Assembly (NCBI GenBank): GCA_965225945.1
Contig: CBDDBZ010000020.1
Coordinates: forward strand, 1-64,000
Direction of reading: 5' to 3'
DNA from: Alphaproteobacteria bacterium
Lineage (GTDB): Bacteria > Pseudomonadota > Alphaproteobacteria > GCA-2731375
Length of the DNA stretch: 64,000 bases
Each line of letters starts with the position of its first letter. Position 1 is the stretch's first letter. This document shows, piece by piece, positions 9,148 to 18,887 of this stretch. The position numbers were made by a program, and so were the translations under genes. The notes beneath the pieces were generated by a model. The model was not told the origin of the DNA and did no database searches. It saw only the letters and a list, made by a program, of their open reading frames with translations.

Positions 9148-9893
9148 TCAACCCGCCGGTCCGGCTTCCACCTCGATATCGATCACCAGGGCCGCGTCGA
9201 AGTCGCCCCATTCCCCCGGATAGCCGCGCGGGTCGCAGATTACGCTGGTCTCGCCGATGCGGTAGTCGCAGGCATCGTGCATGTGGCCGTGGACCCAAAG
9301 CCGGGGCACAATTCCTCCACCAGACCATCCAGGCGCGAGGCGAAGGCGCCGTTCAGCGGATGGCCCTCGAAGCGGGCGGCGACAGAGCGATAGCTCGGGG
9401 CGTGGTGGGTCACCACGATGTCGGTCGGCGGCAGCGCCCGGAGCCAGGCCCGCGCGGCAACGTGGCGCGCGAGAAAGTCCGCCGGCGCGGCCCGTCGTCC
9501 GGCGCGCCCGTTCGCGATCAGAACGTAGTCCGCCATCGCCCGGCGGGCCAAGTCCATTATCTCGGGCCTCCGGTCGTCGTAGTCGGTCCAGAGCGTGACG
9601 CCCGCCACCGTCAGACGCGCGATCTCCGCCCGCGTGCCGTCCAACAGGTGGACATGGCCGTCCCGCGCCGCCCGGCGCATTGCCCCGGGCAAATCGTCAA
9701 TGTCGTGTCCATAAAACTCGTGGTTTCCCGGCACGTAGACGACGGGCGCCGTGAACGCGCGCTTGGCCCAGGCGATGCCCTGGACGCCGGTTTGGATGTC
9801 GCCGGCCAGGATCACCAGATCGACGTTCAGGATCGGTGGCGTCCAAGCCTCGAATTCCAGGTGCAGATCACTGTAGATCGCCACCAGGGGCAT
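9148..9893 (-). CDS. Metallophosphoesterase (calcineurin-like), single-base frameshift near 9303
   Basis: SDLHLE, LAGDI, VPGNHE, THHAP; then WVHGHMH...DPRGYPGE in the next frame; GGAGGAGG RBS. Confidence 0.88.
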
Positions 9894-10028
9894 GGCGTGG
9901 CTCCTCCTCCATCGATGCGACGACGGTCGCTGAGTGTAGGCCCGTCCGGTGTTCGATTCCCGCCGCCGGAGGAAACCGAAAACCAGATCGAGGCGGCGTG
10001 AATGACCGCGACGCCAAACCGATCGCGC

Positions 10029-10135
10029 GCCCTGTGGGGCTGTGGTCAAGTCTTCGACTTGACCACAGCCCCACAGGGCCAACAACATCAACAGCGGTCA
10101 ATTGATGCGCTACATAAAGCGGTCAACTTGGCGCG
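10029..10135. repeat. 24-bp perfect hairpin followed by an IS-end-like sequence (IS remnant or MITE)
   Basis: GCCCTGTGGGGCTGTGGTCAAGTC-TTC-GACTTGACCACAGCCCCACAGGGC (10029-10079), then two AGCGGTCAA copies; layout recalls right ends of IS481/ISNCY-type elements. Confidence 0.65.
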
Positions 10136-10145
10136 TCACCTACAC

Positions 10146-10333
10146 GGCCCGAGACGCCTCGCTGCGTATTACGGCCTTGCGACGACGGCCCGGAGTGGAC
10201 ATCATGCGCCCGTCTGGAGCCGTGGCTCGCGCGGCCGAGCACGTGTCGCGGTGCGGACCACGCGCGCGCGGCGATTTGGGGGGAAGCGGAGATCGAGACT
10301 TGGAAAAATTTCGTTTACTTCATGGCGGTGATT
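10146..10333 (+). repeat. Diverged copy of 11844-12033 (promoter plus first codons of the 12001 gene)
   Basis: Shared CTTGCGACGA.GGCCCGGAGTGGACATCATGCGCCCGT and GGGGGGAAGCGG...TCGAGACTTGGA...TTCGTTTAC.TCATGGCGGT blocks. Confidence 0.9.
10177..10205 (+). promoter_or_regulatory. Putative sigma70 promoter TTGCGA-N17-CATCAT (second copy at 11875-11903)
   Basis: 17-bp spacing; both hexamers identical in the two copies. Confidence 0.45.
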
Positions 10334-10337
10334 CGAG

Positions 10338-10547
10338 GTGAGCAAGGACACGCGACAAAGGGCGGCGGACATGTTCAAAAAGTCGGACGAGGCTGACAAG
10401 ACGTCGAAGAACGAACTGGAGGCCGCGCGCCGGGCGGCCGCGGCAAAGACGGCGCAACTTCGCGCGCTGCGACTCGCGCGCGATGCCGCTGATGTCGAGG
10501 CGACTGGCATGGCGTCAAGGGCACGCACGAAACCGAAGTCCACCTGA
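10338..10547 (+). CDS. Small alphaproteobacterial hypothetical protein with KTAxLRALRLAR motif
   Basis: 69 aa, AAAKTAQLRALRLARDAA motif. Confidence 0.7.
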   Translation: MSKDTRQRAADMFKKSDEADKTSKNELEAARRAAAAKTAQLRALRLARDAADVEATGMASRARTKPKST

Positions 10548-10638
10548 GACCCGCCACCGAGGCGGCGATGCTCCATACCCCGCGCCCGACAGTGGTGGCG
10601 CGGGATCATACCAACGCAATCTCCGGGGATCAGACATA

Positions 10639-11721
10639 TTGACAGCCACGACCTCCGACCGTGCCGCAAGGGCACGATTCGACGAAGTGCACGCGACAGG
10701 GCTTGATCCCAGGGCTCTGGCGGTTCGTCTCAAGGCGCATGCGATCCCGAGCAATCGCCGCTCGATTTTGCAGTTGGCGATCACTTGCGGTGCCTTTGCC
10801 GCGTTGTGGTCGATCATGTGGCTCGCCGCCGACCAAGCTTACGTGCTTTCGTTACTGCTGGCACCGCCGGCGGCTGGTTTGATGGTACGACTTTTCATTA
10901 TCCAGCATGACTGCGGCCACGGCTCGTACTTCACTACGCGTCGGGCCAACGACTTGGTGGGCCGCGTGATCAGCGTGCTGACACTGACGCCCTACGACTA
11001 TTGGCGACGCGTCCACGCGGTCCATCACGCGACCTCGGGCAACCTAGCGCGTCGCGGTATCGGCGATATCACCACCCTGACGGTCGCGGAGTACGCGATG
11101 CTCGGTCGCTGGCGCCGCTCGGCCTACCGCCTCTATCGTCATCCTCTGATCCTGTTCGGCCTCGGCCCGATCTATCATTTCGTGATCAAACACCGCTGGC
11201 CCCGGGAACTGCCGGTCCTGAAGTCCGGGCTCTGGGCTAGCCTGATGCTGACGAACGTGGCGATCGTCGCCGTCATGATCGCAATGGCCGTGGCCATCGG
11301 CCCGCTCACGTTGTTGAAGCTGCAGCTTCCGGTCGTCCTGCTCGCGTCTTCGATGGGAGTGTGGCTCTTCTTCGTGCAGCATCAGTTCGACAACGGTCGC
11401 TGGTGGCGCGACGGGGAGTGGGAGCAGGCGAAGGCGGCGCTGCATGGCAGCTCCTACTACCGCTTGCCCCGGATGTTGCAGTGGCTCACGGCGAGCATCG
11501 GGCTGCATCATGTTCACCATCTCTGCAGTAAGGTGCCGAACTACCGGCTTCAGGAATGTCTGGAGGCCGTGCCGGAGTTGAAGCTGGTCGGAAGGCTGAC
11601 ACTGCCGGAGAGTTTGCGTGCCGTCCGCCTGACGCTGTGGGACGAAGAGGCCGGGCGCATGGTCAGTTTCCTCGATGCCGGCCGCCGCCGGCGCCACCCG
11701 ATCGTGAGCCCGACGATCTGA
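10639..11721 (+). CDS. Membrane fatty acid desaturase (Bacillus Des-like)
   Basis: His boxes HDCGH, HAVHH, HHVHH plus FFVQHQF and VPNYRL; TTG start chosen after GGGGA. Confidence 0.92.
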   Translation: MTATTSDRAARARFDEVHATGLDPRALAVRLKAHAIPSNRRSILQLAITCGAFAALWSIMWLAADQAYVLSLLLAPPAAGLMVRLFIIQHDCGHGSYFTTRRANDLVGRVISVLTLTPYDYWRRVHAVHHATSGNLARRGIGDITTLTVAEYAMLGRWRRSAYRLYRHPLILFGLGPIYHFVIKHRWPRELPVLKSGLWASLMLTNVAIVAVMIAMAVAIGPLTLLKLQLPVVLLASSMGVWLFFVQHQFDNGRWWRDGEWEQAKAALHGSSYYRLPRMLQWLTASIGLHHVHHLCSKVPNYRLQECLEAVPELKLVGRLTLPESLRAVRLTLWDEEAGRMVSFLDAGRRRRHPIVSPTI

Positions 11722-11846
11722 AGATCCACCCCATGGGCCGCGTGCCGACGCTTGGCGACGTCGAGGTCACGGTCTTCGAGCCCGGCGCGATCGTTCAATA
11801 CGTGCTGGCGAGTTACGGCGATGGCCGCTTGGTCCCGGATGCCGGC
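11709..11846 (+). pseudogene. Internal 138-bp diverged copy of the GST gene (8631-8768)
   Basis: Ungapped hand alignment, about 123/138 identical. Confidence 0.92.
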
Positions 11847-12000
11847 CCGAGGCGTCTGCGCGCGCGAATCGGTCTTGCGACGAGGGCCCGGAGTGGACAT
11901 CATGCGCCCGTTCAGTAGCGCGCCTCACGCGGCCGAACATTTACCGCACGGCCCGGACGAGAGGCGCGCGCGGCGATCGGGGGGAAGCGGGGGTCGAGAC

Positions 12001-12315
12001 TTGGAGAACTTCGTTTACGTCATGGCGGTCATTTACCTGCTGTATTTCGTGCGCCTGTACTGGAGGAGCATCACCGAGCGACGAGCACTATCGCGGTTCG
12101 CCTCGGCCTTGTTGGTCGACGAAGACTTGCATAGCCGAGAAATGAACAGATTTCAGCGCCAGCTGAAGACGATGGCGGGAAAGGACGCCGGATCGCTTTC
12201 CAAGGAAGCGGCGGAGACCGTGGTCGACCTCGCCCTCGTCTTCGATAAGGAGCGTTCGAGCGCCGATCTGCACGAGGCCCTGATGGCGACCAAGGCAAAG
12301 GCGGACTTGAGCTGA
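12001..12315 (+). CDS. Hypothetical protein with N-terminal transmembrane helix
   Basis: TTG start; FVYVMAVIYLLYFVRLYW hydrophobic segment. Confidence 0.6.
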   Translation: MENFVYVMAVIYLLYFVRLYWRSITERRALSRFASALLVDEDLHSREMNRFQRQLKTMAGKDAGSLSKEAAETVVDLALVFDKERSSADLHEALMATKAKADLS

Positions 12316-12398
12316 GAGCCGCGCGTCGGGGACTTTCGAGTCGAACTCCGAGGCGCGGGTACGGCGCCCCGGCGTCGCCTGGCCCCGAATACGCTGCC

Positions 12399-12414
12399 TT
12401 TACGCCCCCTTAAC
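12399..12414 (+). promoter_or_regulatory. Putative CtrA box
   Basis: TTTA-N7-TTAAC, 80 bp upstream of cheZ, in otherwise GC-rich DNA. Confidence 0.55.
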
Positions 12415-12493
12415 CGTTCTCGTCTAGGCTCCGCTCGTCGTATCCGGCGCTCGTTCCGACGTCGCGACGCGACCGGGCATCGGGGAGTGAGCG

Positions 12494-13135
12494 ATGAACG
12501 TTGCGGGTGCCAGTGACCGGTTCTTGGCTAACGTGGAGGAAATTCGCGACACCGCCGGAGACAGCGTGGCGCTCGATGATGTCGCCGACATCGTGCATTG
12601 CCTGATGACCTCCATCGAGGGCGACATCTCCCTCGCCGATCTTAAGCTGCATGACGAACGGGCCGAACTGGTCAAATACATCCGCGCCGCCCGGGTGGAG
12701 ATCGCGGCGATCCAGCCGGATCGAATTCGCGCCGAGCAGATCAGGCCCGCCTTGGACGAGCTCGACGCCGTGGTGATGGCCACGGCCGAGTCCACCGAGA
12801 CCTTCCTCGACGTGGCCGAGGCCCTAGCGACGATGGCGGAGGAGACCGGCGAGGAAGAACGAGCCGAGATCATGCGCGGACTCGCGACGCAAATCTACGA
12901 AGCTTCCAACTTCCAGGATATCACCGGTCAGCGGATCGCCAAGGTCGTGACCCTGCTCCACACCATCGAGAACAAGCTCACCTTCCTCGCCGGTTGGAGC
13001 ACGGGCACCGCCCGGGTGGCGGTCCCGGTTGCCCGCGACGAGATGGAGGACGACGCTCTGCTCACCGGTCCGTCCCTGCCGGCGGGGACCAACGACCAGG
13101 ACGACATCGACGCGATCCTGGCGAGTTTCGACTAG
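12494..13135 (+). CDS. cheZ: Chemotaxis phosphatase CheZ (alphaproteobacterial type)
   Basis: ELDAVVMAT, EASNFQDITGQRIAKVV, LLTGP, QDDIDAIL. Confidence 0.85.
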   Translation: MNVAGASDRFLANVEEIRDTAGDSVALDDVADIVHCLMTSIEGDISLADLKLHDERAELVKYIRAARVEIAAIQPDRIRAEQIRPALDELDAVVMATAESTETFLDVAEALATMAEETGEEERAEIMRGLATQIYEASNFQDITGQRIAKVVTLLHTIENKLTFLAGWSTGTARVAVPVARDEMEDDALLTGPSLPAGTNDQDDIDAILASFD

Positions 13136-13141
13136 GCGGCC

Positions 13142-13822
13142 ATGATCAATCACAACCCGTGCGGACCGGCGTGGCGGCGTGACCCCAACGTCATCGTCTT
13201 CCTCTCGATCTTCCTGCTGATGTTCGGCTTCTTCATCTTGTTGAACGCGCTTTCCAGCGTCGAGCAATTGAAAGTCGAGATGGCCGTCGGCAGCGTCGCC
13301 GCGACGTTTCGCTCCGGCGCCACGACGCCGAGCGATTTGACGGCTGCCGGCACCCGTGCGGGGGTCTTCAAGAGCGGCGGCACATTCCGCGAGGCGGTGG
13401 AAGGTATATTCGAGCGCACCATCCCCATCGAGACTGAGAATCTCGATCGCCCCGGCTCGGTCCTGGAGGCCCGGGTGCCCGCTAGCTACCTCTTTCGCTG
13501 GACCCGCGCCGAGCTCCATTCCCGCACCCATCCCCTGATGAACGCGATGGCCGACAATCTGACCCGAAACGATCCCGGCCGCCGACTCGAGGTCGAGTTG
13601 CTGCTCGGCGCCGGCGACGACTTGGCCCGCCAGCGCCGGGCCGAGCGAGGCTTCCTGATCGCCCGTCTGGCGGCCTTCGCCGAGCGCCTGCGTGGCCTGG
13701 GCGTTCCCGGCGTCTCGATCCGCGTCGGCCTGCACGCGGCGCCGATGGGCCAGGCCCGCCTCACCTTCTTCGATCGCGCGGTCGAGGACGCGGCGGTATC
13801 CTTCGAGGGCGCCGCGCCGTGA
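13142..13822 (+). CDS. MotB-like membrane protein (atypical, no obvious conserved Asp in TM)
   Basis: FLSIFLLMFGFFILLNALS TM; coupled to the motB-like gene. Confidence 0.65.
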   Translation: MINHNPCGPAWRRDPNVIVFLSIFLLMFGFFILLNALSSVEQLKVEMAVGSVAATFRSGATTPSDLTAAGTRAGVFKSGGTFREAVEGIFERTIPIETENLDRPGSVLEARVPASYLFRWTRAELHSRTHPLMNAMADNLTRNDPGRRLEVELLLGAGDDLARQRRAERGFLIARLAAFAERLRGLGVPGVSIRVGLHAAPMGQARLTFFDRAVEDAAVSFEGAAP

Positions 13823-14550
13823 ATTTCGAGTCCGCTTCCGACACGAAGATCGACCAAGCCGCGCGCGATGCCTGGCTGGTGACCTTCGCCGATCTCCTGG
13901 CGCTGATGCTGACGTTTTTCGTCCTGCTCTTCTCGATGTCGCAGGTGCGGCTCGACGCCTGGGAATCGCTGGTGGAGGCGATGACCGACCGGATGAGTCC
14001 GCGCGACGAATGGCGCGAGGTCCGCTTGGTGCGGGAGAGCCAGGTCGAGCGGGTGGATCGCGTCGGCGCGGTCGAGCTCGGCTACCTCGAGGCGGTGCTG
14101 GCGGAGAGGCTTCGGGCCGATGTGCTGCTGAGTGACGCGGTCATGCAGCGTCTCGATGATCGCCTGGTGCTGTCGCTGCCGGGCGATCTGATGTTCGAGC
14201 CCTCGCGCGCCGCCTTGAAGCCCGAGGCGCGCCGTGCGGCGATGCTGTTGGCGGAGGCCTTGCGGTTCGTCGGCAATCAGGTCGAGATCGAGGGGCATGC
14301 CGTGCCCGAGGGCGTGGGCCTGGACGACGAAGCGGGTGTTTGGAGCCTGTCGCTCGCCCGCGCCGTCGAGATCGCCGACGTGATTTCGAGCGACGGCCAC
14401 GTCGCGCGTCTGCGTGCCGTGGGACTCGGCGCCGCGCGCTTTTACGAGCTTTCGCCGAAGCTGGACGAGCGCCGCCGACTGCGATTGGGCGCGCGGGTGG
14501 ATTTGGTCGTCCTGAAGGAAGCGCCGATGGAGTTGGATGGCGATGGTTAG
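13819..14550 (+). CDS. motB: Flagellar motor protein MotB / OmpA family
   Basis: AWLVTFADLLALMLTFFVLLFSMS; IEGH and WSLSLARA OmpA-like domain. Confidence 0.85.
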   Translation: MNFESASDTKIDQAARDAWLVTFADLLALMLTFFVLLFSMSQVRLDAWESLVEAMTDRMSPRDEWREVRLVRESQVERVDRVGAVELGYLEAVLAERLRADVLLSDAVMQRLDDRLVLSLPGDLMFEPSRAALKPEARRAAMLLAEALRFVGNQVEIEGHAVPEGVGLDDEAGVWSLSLARAVEIADVISSDGHVARLRAVGLGAARFYELSPKLDERRRLRLGARVDLVVLKEAPMELDGDG

Positions 14551-14584
14551 AGCATTTCAAGATCGATCGACCCGGCGCCTTGCC

Positions 14585-14852
14585 CTAGAGCATGATCCGA
14601 CCATATGGGAACGTTGGACCGGGATTGTTTTGGGCCGTGGCAAGGCGCGCTTGCGACGGCGATGTGGGACATCGGTAGCTGAGCGCAACGCGGCCACGGT
14701 CCAACAGAACCCGGCCTTCGGTGGGGCAAATCGGCCTCTGGGGTGTGTTGCGCCGCTTGCCCGATGCCCCGCATCGCGCGGCGCAGCGCGCCTGCCCCAG
14801 AGGTCGATTTGCCGCCATCAAACGCTTCCATATGGTCGGATCGTGCTCTTAG
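14585..14852. mobile_element. MITE-like element with CTAG-type ends (about 268 bp)
   Basis: CTAGAGCATGATCCGACCATATGGGAACGTT ... AACGCTTCCATATGGTCGGATCGTGCTCTTAG; right 66 bp recur at 48475-48540. Confidence 0.8.
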
Positions 14853-17800
14853 ACCGGAAATGTCTCGGGTATCTGGCGGGATGGTTGGCCCTTGCGCTCT
14901 TCTGGTCGCTTCCGGCGGGCGCCGAGCCGGTGTCGGTTCGCGCCGGCCTGCACGCGGGTTTCGGGCGGATCGTCTTCGATTGGCCGGCCCAGGTCGCGTA
15001 CGAGTCGAATATCGACGGCGCGGCGCTCACCATTCAATTCGAGCGACCCATCGAGGCCCGCTACGACCAGGTCGTCGGGCGACTCGGCGACTATGTGAGC
15101 GGCGCCCACGCGACGGCGGATGGGCGCGGCGTCCGCCTCGCGCTCGTACGGCCGGTCCGGACCGCGACCTTCCGATCGGGTAATTCGGTCGTCTACGACC
15201 TGCGCGCCGCCTCGAAGGACGCCGCCGATGCGTCCCCGGCTCCGGCAACGACGGCACCGAAGCCGACGACGAAGCTGACGATGAAGGCGCCGAAGCCGGC
15301 GACGACGACGGTCCGTGTCCGGGTCGGCGAGCATGCCGACTTCGAACGCCTGGTGTTCGATTGGCCGCGCCGGGTCGACTATCGGCTGCGTCAGGCTGGA
15401 ACGCGGATCGAGGCGCGTTTCGCCGCGCCGGCGCGGATCGATGCCTCCGCGCTCGAGCGGACCGGCCTGCCGCTGGTGCGAAGCTTCAGTGCCCGAATCG
15501 CGGGCGGCGAAACGGTGGTCGAAATCGAACTCGCGCGCCCCGCCGCCGCGCGACATTTCCACGTCGAGGAACGGCGGATCGTCGTCGATCTCTTGCGCAC
15601 CGCGCCCGCGCCGACAACGCCGGCCGATACGGAGTCGGCCGATATGGAGTCGGAGACCCCGACCCAGGCGGCGGCGGAGCAGAAGGCCGTCCCGGCGACG
15701 CCCGAGGGGCCGACGAAGATCGAGCCGGCGCGGAAGACGTTGGCGCCAATCCCGACGCCGAAGCCCGCATGGTCCGAGAACCGGCGTCCGGCCCAGGAGC
15801 CGTGAGGGGAGCTGGCTCAGGCCGACGCCACGCCGCCCGCGTCTTCGCCGGTCGTCGATCGGAAGGCGGGCGCGCCCAAGCGGGAGACGACGGCGACGAG
15901 GCGCACGAATCCGGCGCCGGCAAAAACCGCGTCGCGCGACGACGATGAGCATCTGAAGGAGCTCTATCGGCAACGCGACCGGATCGTCGACGAGCTCGGC
16001 GAGGCGCGGGTCATGGTCTCGATCCTTGCTGCGCCGAAACCGCGGCGGAAGAGCACGCCGTCCGGCCGTCCGCGACGCCTCGATCAGGCGGCCCGGACGA
16101 CCGCGTCCGGGACGACGACGGAAGGGGCCGCGACCACGACCGCGGCGACATCCGGCGAGGCCGCGAAATCATCCGCACTGGAGAATACGGCGACGGCGGC
16201 CAGCGCCGACACCAACGCCGACGTCGACACCGACGCCGAGACCGACAGCGGGGACGCGCGGATGTCGGAGCCGCCGGCGGAGACGGCGCGCCTCGCCGAT
16301 CCCGGCGACGTCGCCACGGGCAACGCCGACGGCCTGCGAATTCGTCTCGTCGAGTCGGACGAGGGGCTGGAGATGAGCTTCGAGTGGCCGACGCCGGTGG
16401 CGGCGGTCGCCTTCGAGCGTCGGGGCAAGCTCTGGATCGTCTTCGACAAGCACAATAGGGCCGAGCTGTTGGGCCTCGGCGGCCAGGGCGGCGCGCTGGA
16501 GGCGATCGATCAGCTACATTTTTCCAGCGCCACCATCCTACGGCTCCGCCTGCGCGCCGGACTGCATCCACGTATGAGCCGGGAGCGTGCCGTCTGGCGC
16601 TTGCGGGCGGCGGTCGAGCGGCAGATGCCGGCACGGCCGATCACCGCCGTCCGGCAGGAGCAGTCGGAAGGGGGAGCCAGGTTCTTCCTGCCGGTGATCG
16701 ACACCGGGGGCAAGGTGCGGGTCCACGATCCCGACACCGGCGAGCTGATCCACGCGGTGCCGATTCTGCCCTCCGACCATGGTGTGCCCAGGGAACGCGA
16801 CTTCGCCGAGTTCACCGTGCTGCGCTCGATCCAGGGCGTCGCGGTGCTGTCCAAGTCCGATGAGATCGTCGTCACTTCGCTCAGGAACGGGGTCTCGGTC
16901 ACCAAGGCCGGCGGCCTGGCGCTCTCGGACAAGGCGGGCGGACGCGCGGGCCGGCGTGGCGGCACGCTGCCGGGCGAGTTGAAGGAACCGCTGCTACGGG
17001 TCGCGGATTGGCGCGTCGGGCCGGGCCGGAACTTCAACGATAGCCGACGGCAACTGCGCCTGGCGGTGGCACGCGCGCCCAAGGCGGGCCGCAACGCGGC
17101 GCGCTGGGAACTCGCCCGATTCCACTTCGCCAACGGTATGGTGCCTGAGACGCTGGCACTCCTCGCCATGATCGAGCGGGACGACGAGGCCGCTTCCGTC
17201 GATCCGACCTTCCGCGCGATCCGGGGCGTTTCCAACATGCTGATGCGCCACCATGGCGCGGCCGAGGAAGACCTGATGCAGGCCGACCTTTCACGCTATC
17301 CCGACGCCCTGGTTTGGCGCGCCGCGCTGCATGCCGCCCAGGGCCGCACCGAGCAGGCGAACCAGACGTTCGGCCAGGGGGCGGCGATAATGACACTGCT
17401 ATCCGACGACTGGCGGGCGCGCCTCTTGCTGGAATGGGGCGAGGTGGCGATCGGGATGGAGGATGTCGAAAACTTCAGGACCGCCGAATACCTGCTCGAG
17501 GGCGTGGCGTTGTCGCCACGCCAGGCGGCGGGGCTCGAATACCTACGGGGGCGGGCCAAAATGTTGGAGGACGAGCCCGACCTCGCCCTACAGCATTTTC
17601 AGACGGCGATCGCCAGTGGCGAGCGCCGTCCAAGGCTCAGGGCCGAGATCGCGACCGTCGACGTCAAGCGCATACTCGGCCAGATCACCGACCAGGAAGC
17701 CCATAATCACCTTTCCCGGCTGGCGTATGTCTGGCGCGGCGACTCCCACGAGATGGCGCTTTTGGAGAAGCTGGTGGATCTTCGGCTGGCGGCCGATAAC

Positions 17801-18697
17801 TACGCCGGCGGGCTCGCGCTGATGCGCCGGATCGTCATCAACTTCTCCGAGCGCTCCGAGGCCAAGCAGATCGCCCGGCGAATGAGCGAGGTCTTTGCCG
17901 AGCTGTTCCACGACGGCAAGGCCGATGCGCTTCAGCCGGTCCGCGCGCTGGCGCTCTATTACGACTATCAGGAGCTGACGCCGGTGGGCGCGAAGGGCGA
18001 CGAGATGATCCGCCGACTCGCCGACCGGCTTGTCGGCGTCGACCTGCTGGATCGTGCCGCGCGGCTGTTGGAGGCGCAGGTGGCGCATCGTCTGAAGGGG
18101 CGCAAGCGGGCCCAGGTGGCGACCCGGTTGGCGCTGATCTACCTCTTCGATCGCCGCCCTCGCGAGGCCTTGGAGGCGCTGCGGCAAACCGGGGCAGCGG
18201 GGCTTCCGGGCGGCCTGGCGGCCGAACGGCGGCTGCTGGAGGCGCGCGCGCTGGCCGATCTCAATCGGACGGCCGACGCGCTGGCGACGCTCCGGGACGA
18301 TCGCGGCGACCAGGCCGCGATGCTTAGGGCGGAGATCGCCTGGCGGGCCCAGAATTGGCCCGAGGTCGCCGGCATGATGCGCCAGCTCGTGCGCGGCCAG
18401 CCGGCGCCCGAGGGCCCGCTCGACGCGGTCGCGCGGGCCAACGTCGTCAAACTCGCCGTGGCCCTCTACATGAGCCAGGACCGGACCGGGCTCGGCGACC
18501 TGACCAAACGTTTCGGCGCGGCGATGGCGGAGGGGGAGCACGCCGAGACCTTCCGCATGCTGACCCACACCGCCAATCCGAACGCGACGGAGTTCCGCCA
18601 GCTCGCCAGCGCCATCGCCGGCATCGGCGATCTGGAGGCTTTCATGTCGAGCTACCGCCGCCGTCTCGCCAACGGCGGTCTGAGCGCGATCAACTGA
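14842..18697 (+). CDS. Large exported TPR-containing protein of the flagellar/motB locus, interrupted by in-frame TGA at 15803-15805
   Basis: ORFs 14537..15805 and 16013..18697 share a frame and are open between them except for one TGA; signal peptide, two HxxFxRxVFDWP repeats, C-terminal FxxLF...ELTPVGAKGDEMIRRLADRLVGVDLL; start approximate. Confidence 0.78.
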
Positions 18698-18887
18698 GCG
18701 ACGCCAGGTTCGCGGAGGCGGAGCCGGGCGGAGGAATCGGCGACCATCGTCGCGTCGACCGAGGACCGGCGGACGGCCCTTGACGCTGATGCGGTGGAGC
18801 AAGCGTCCATCCCTCGGGCCCGTCCTCGGCCCGATCGGCATCGCCGAATGCATCGTCGAGACGCGAGGGAAGCCCGCTCCGCCGGCC

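Noticed and set aside
8514-12315. Integron cassette array
   Set aside because: No integrase and no attC-type RYYYAAC...GTTRRRY sites; the repeats are gene fragments
18700-18887. Possible gene fragment between the TPR and CoA-transferase genes
   Set aside because: No recognisable motif, and the candidate ORF overlaps the antisense CoA-transferase gene
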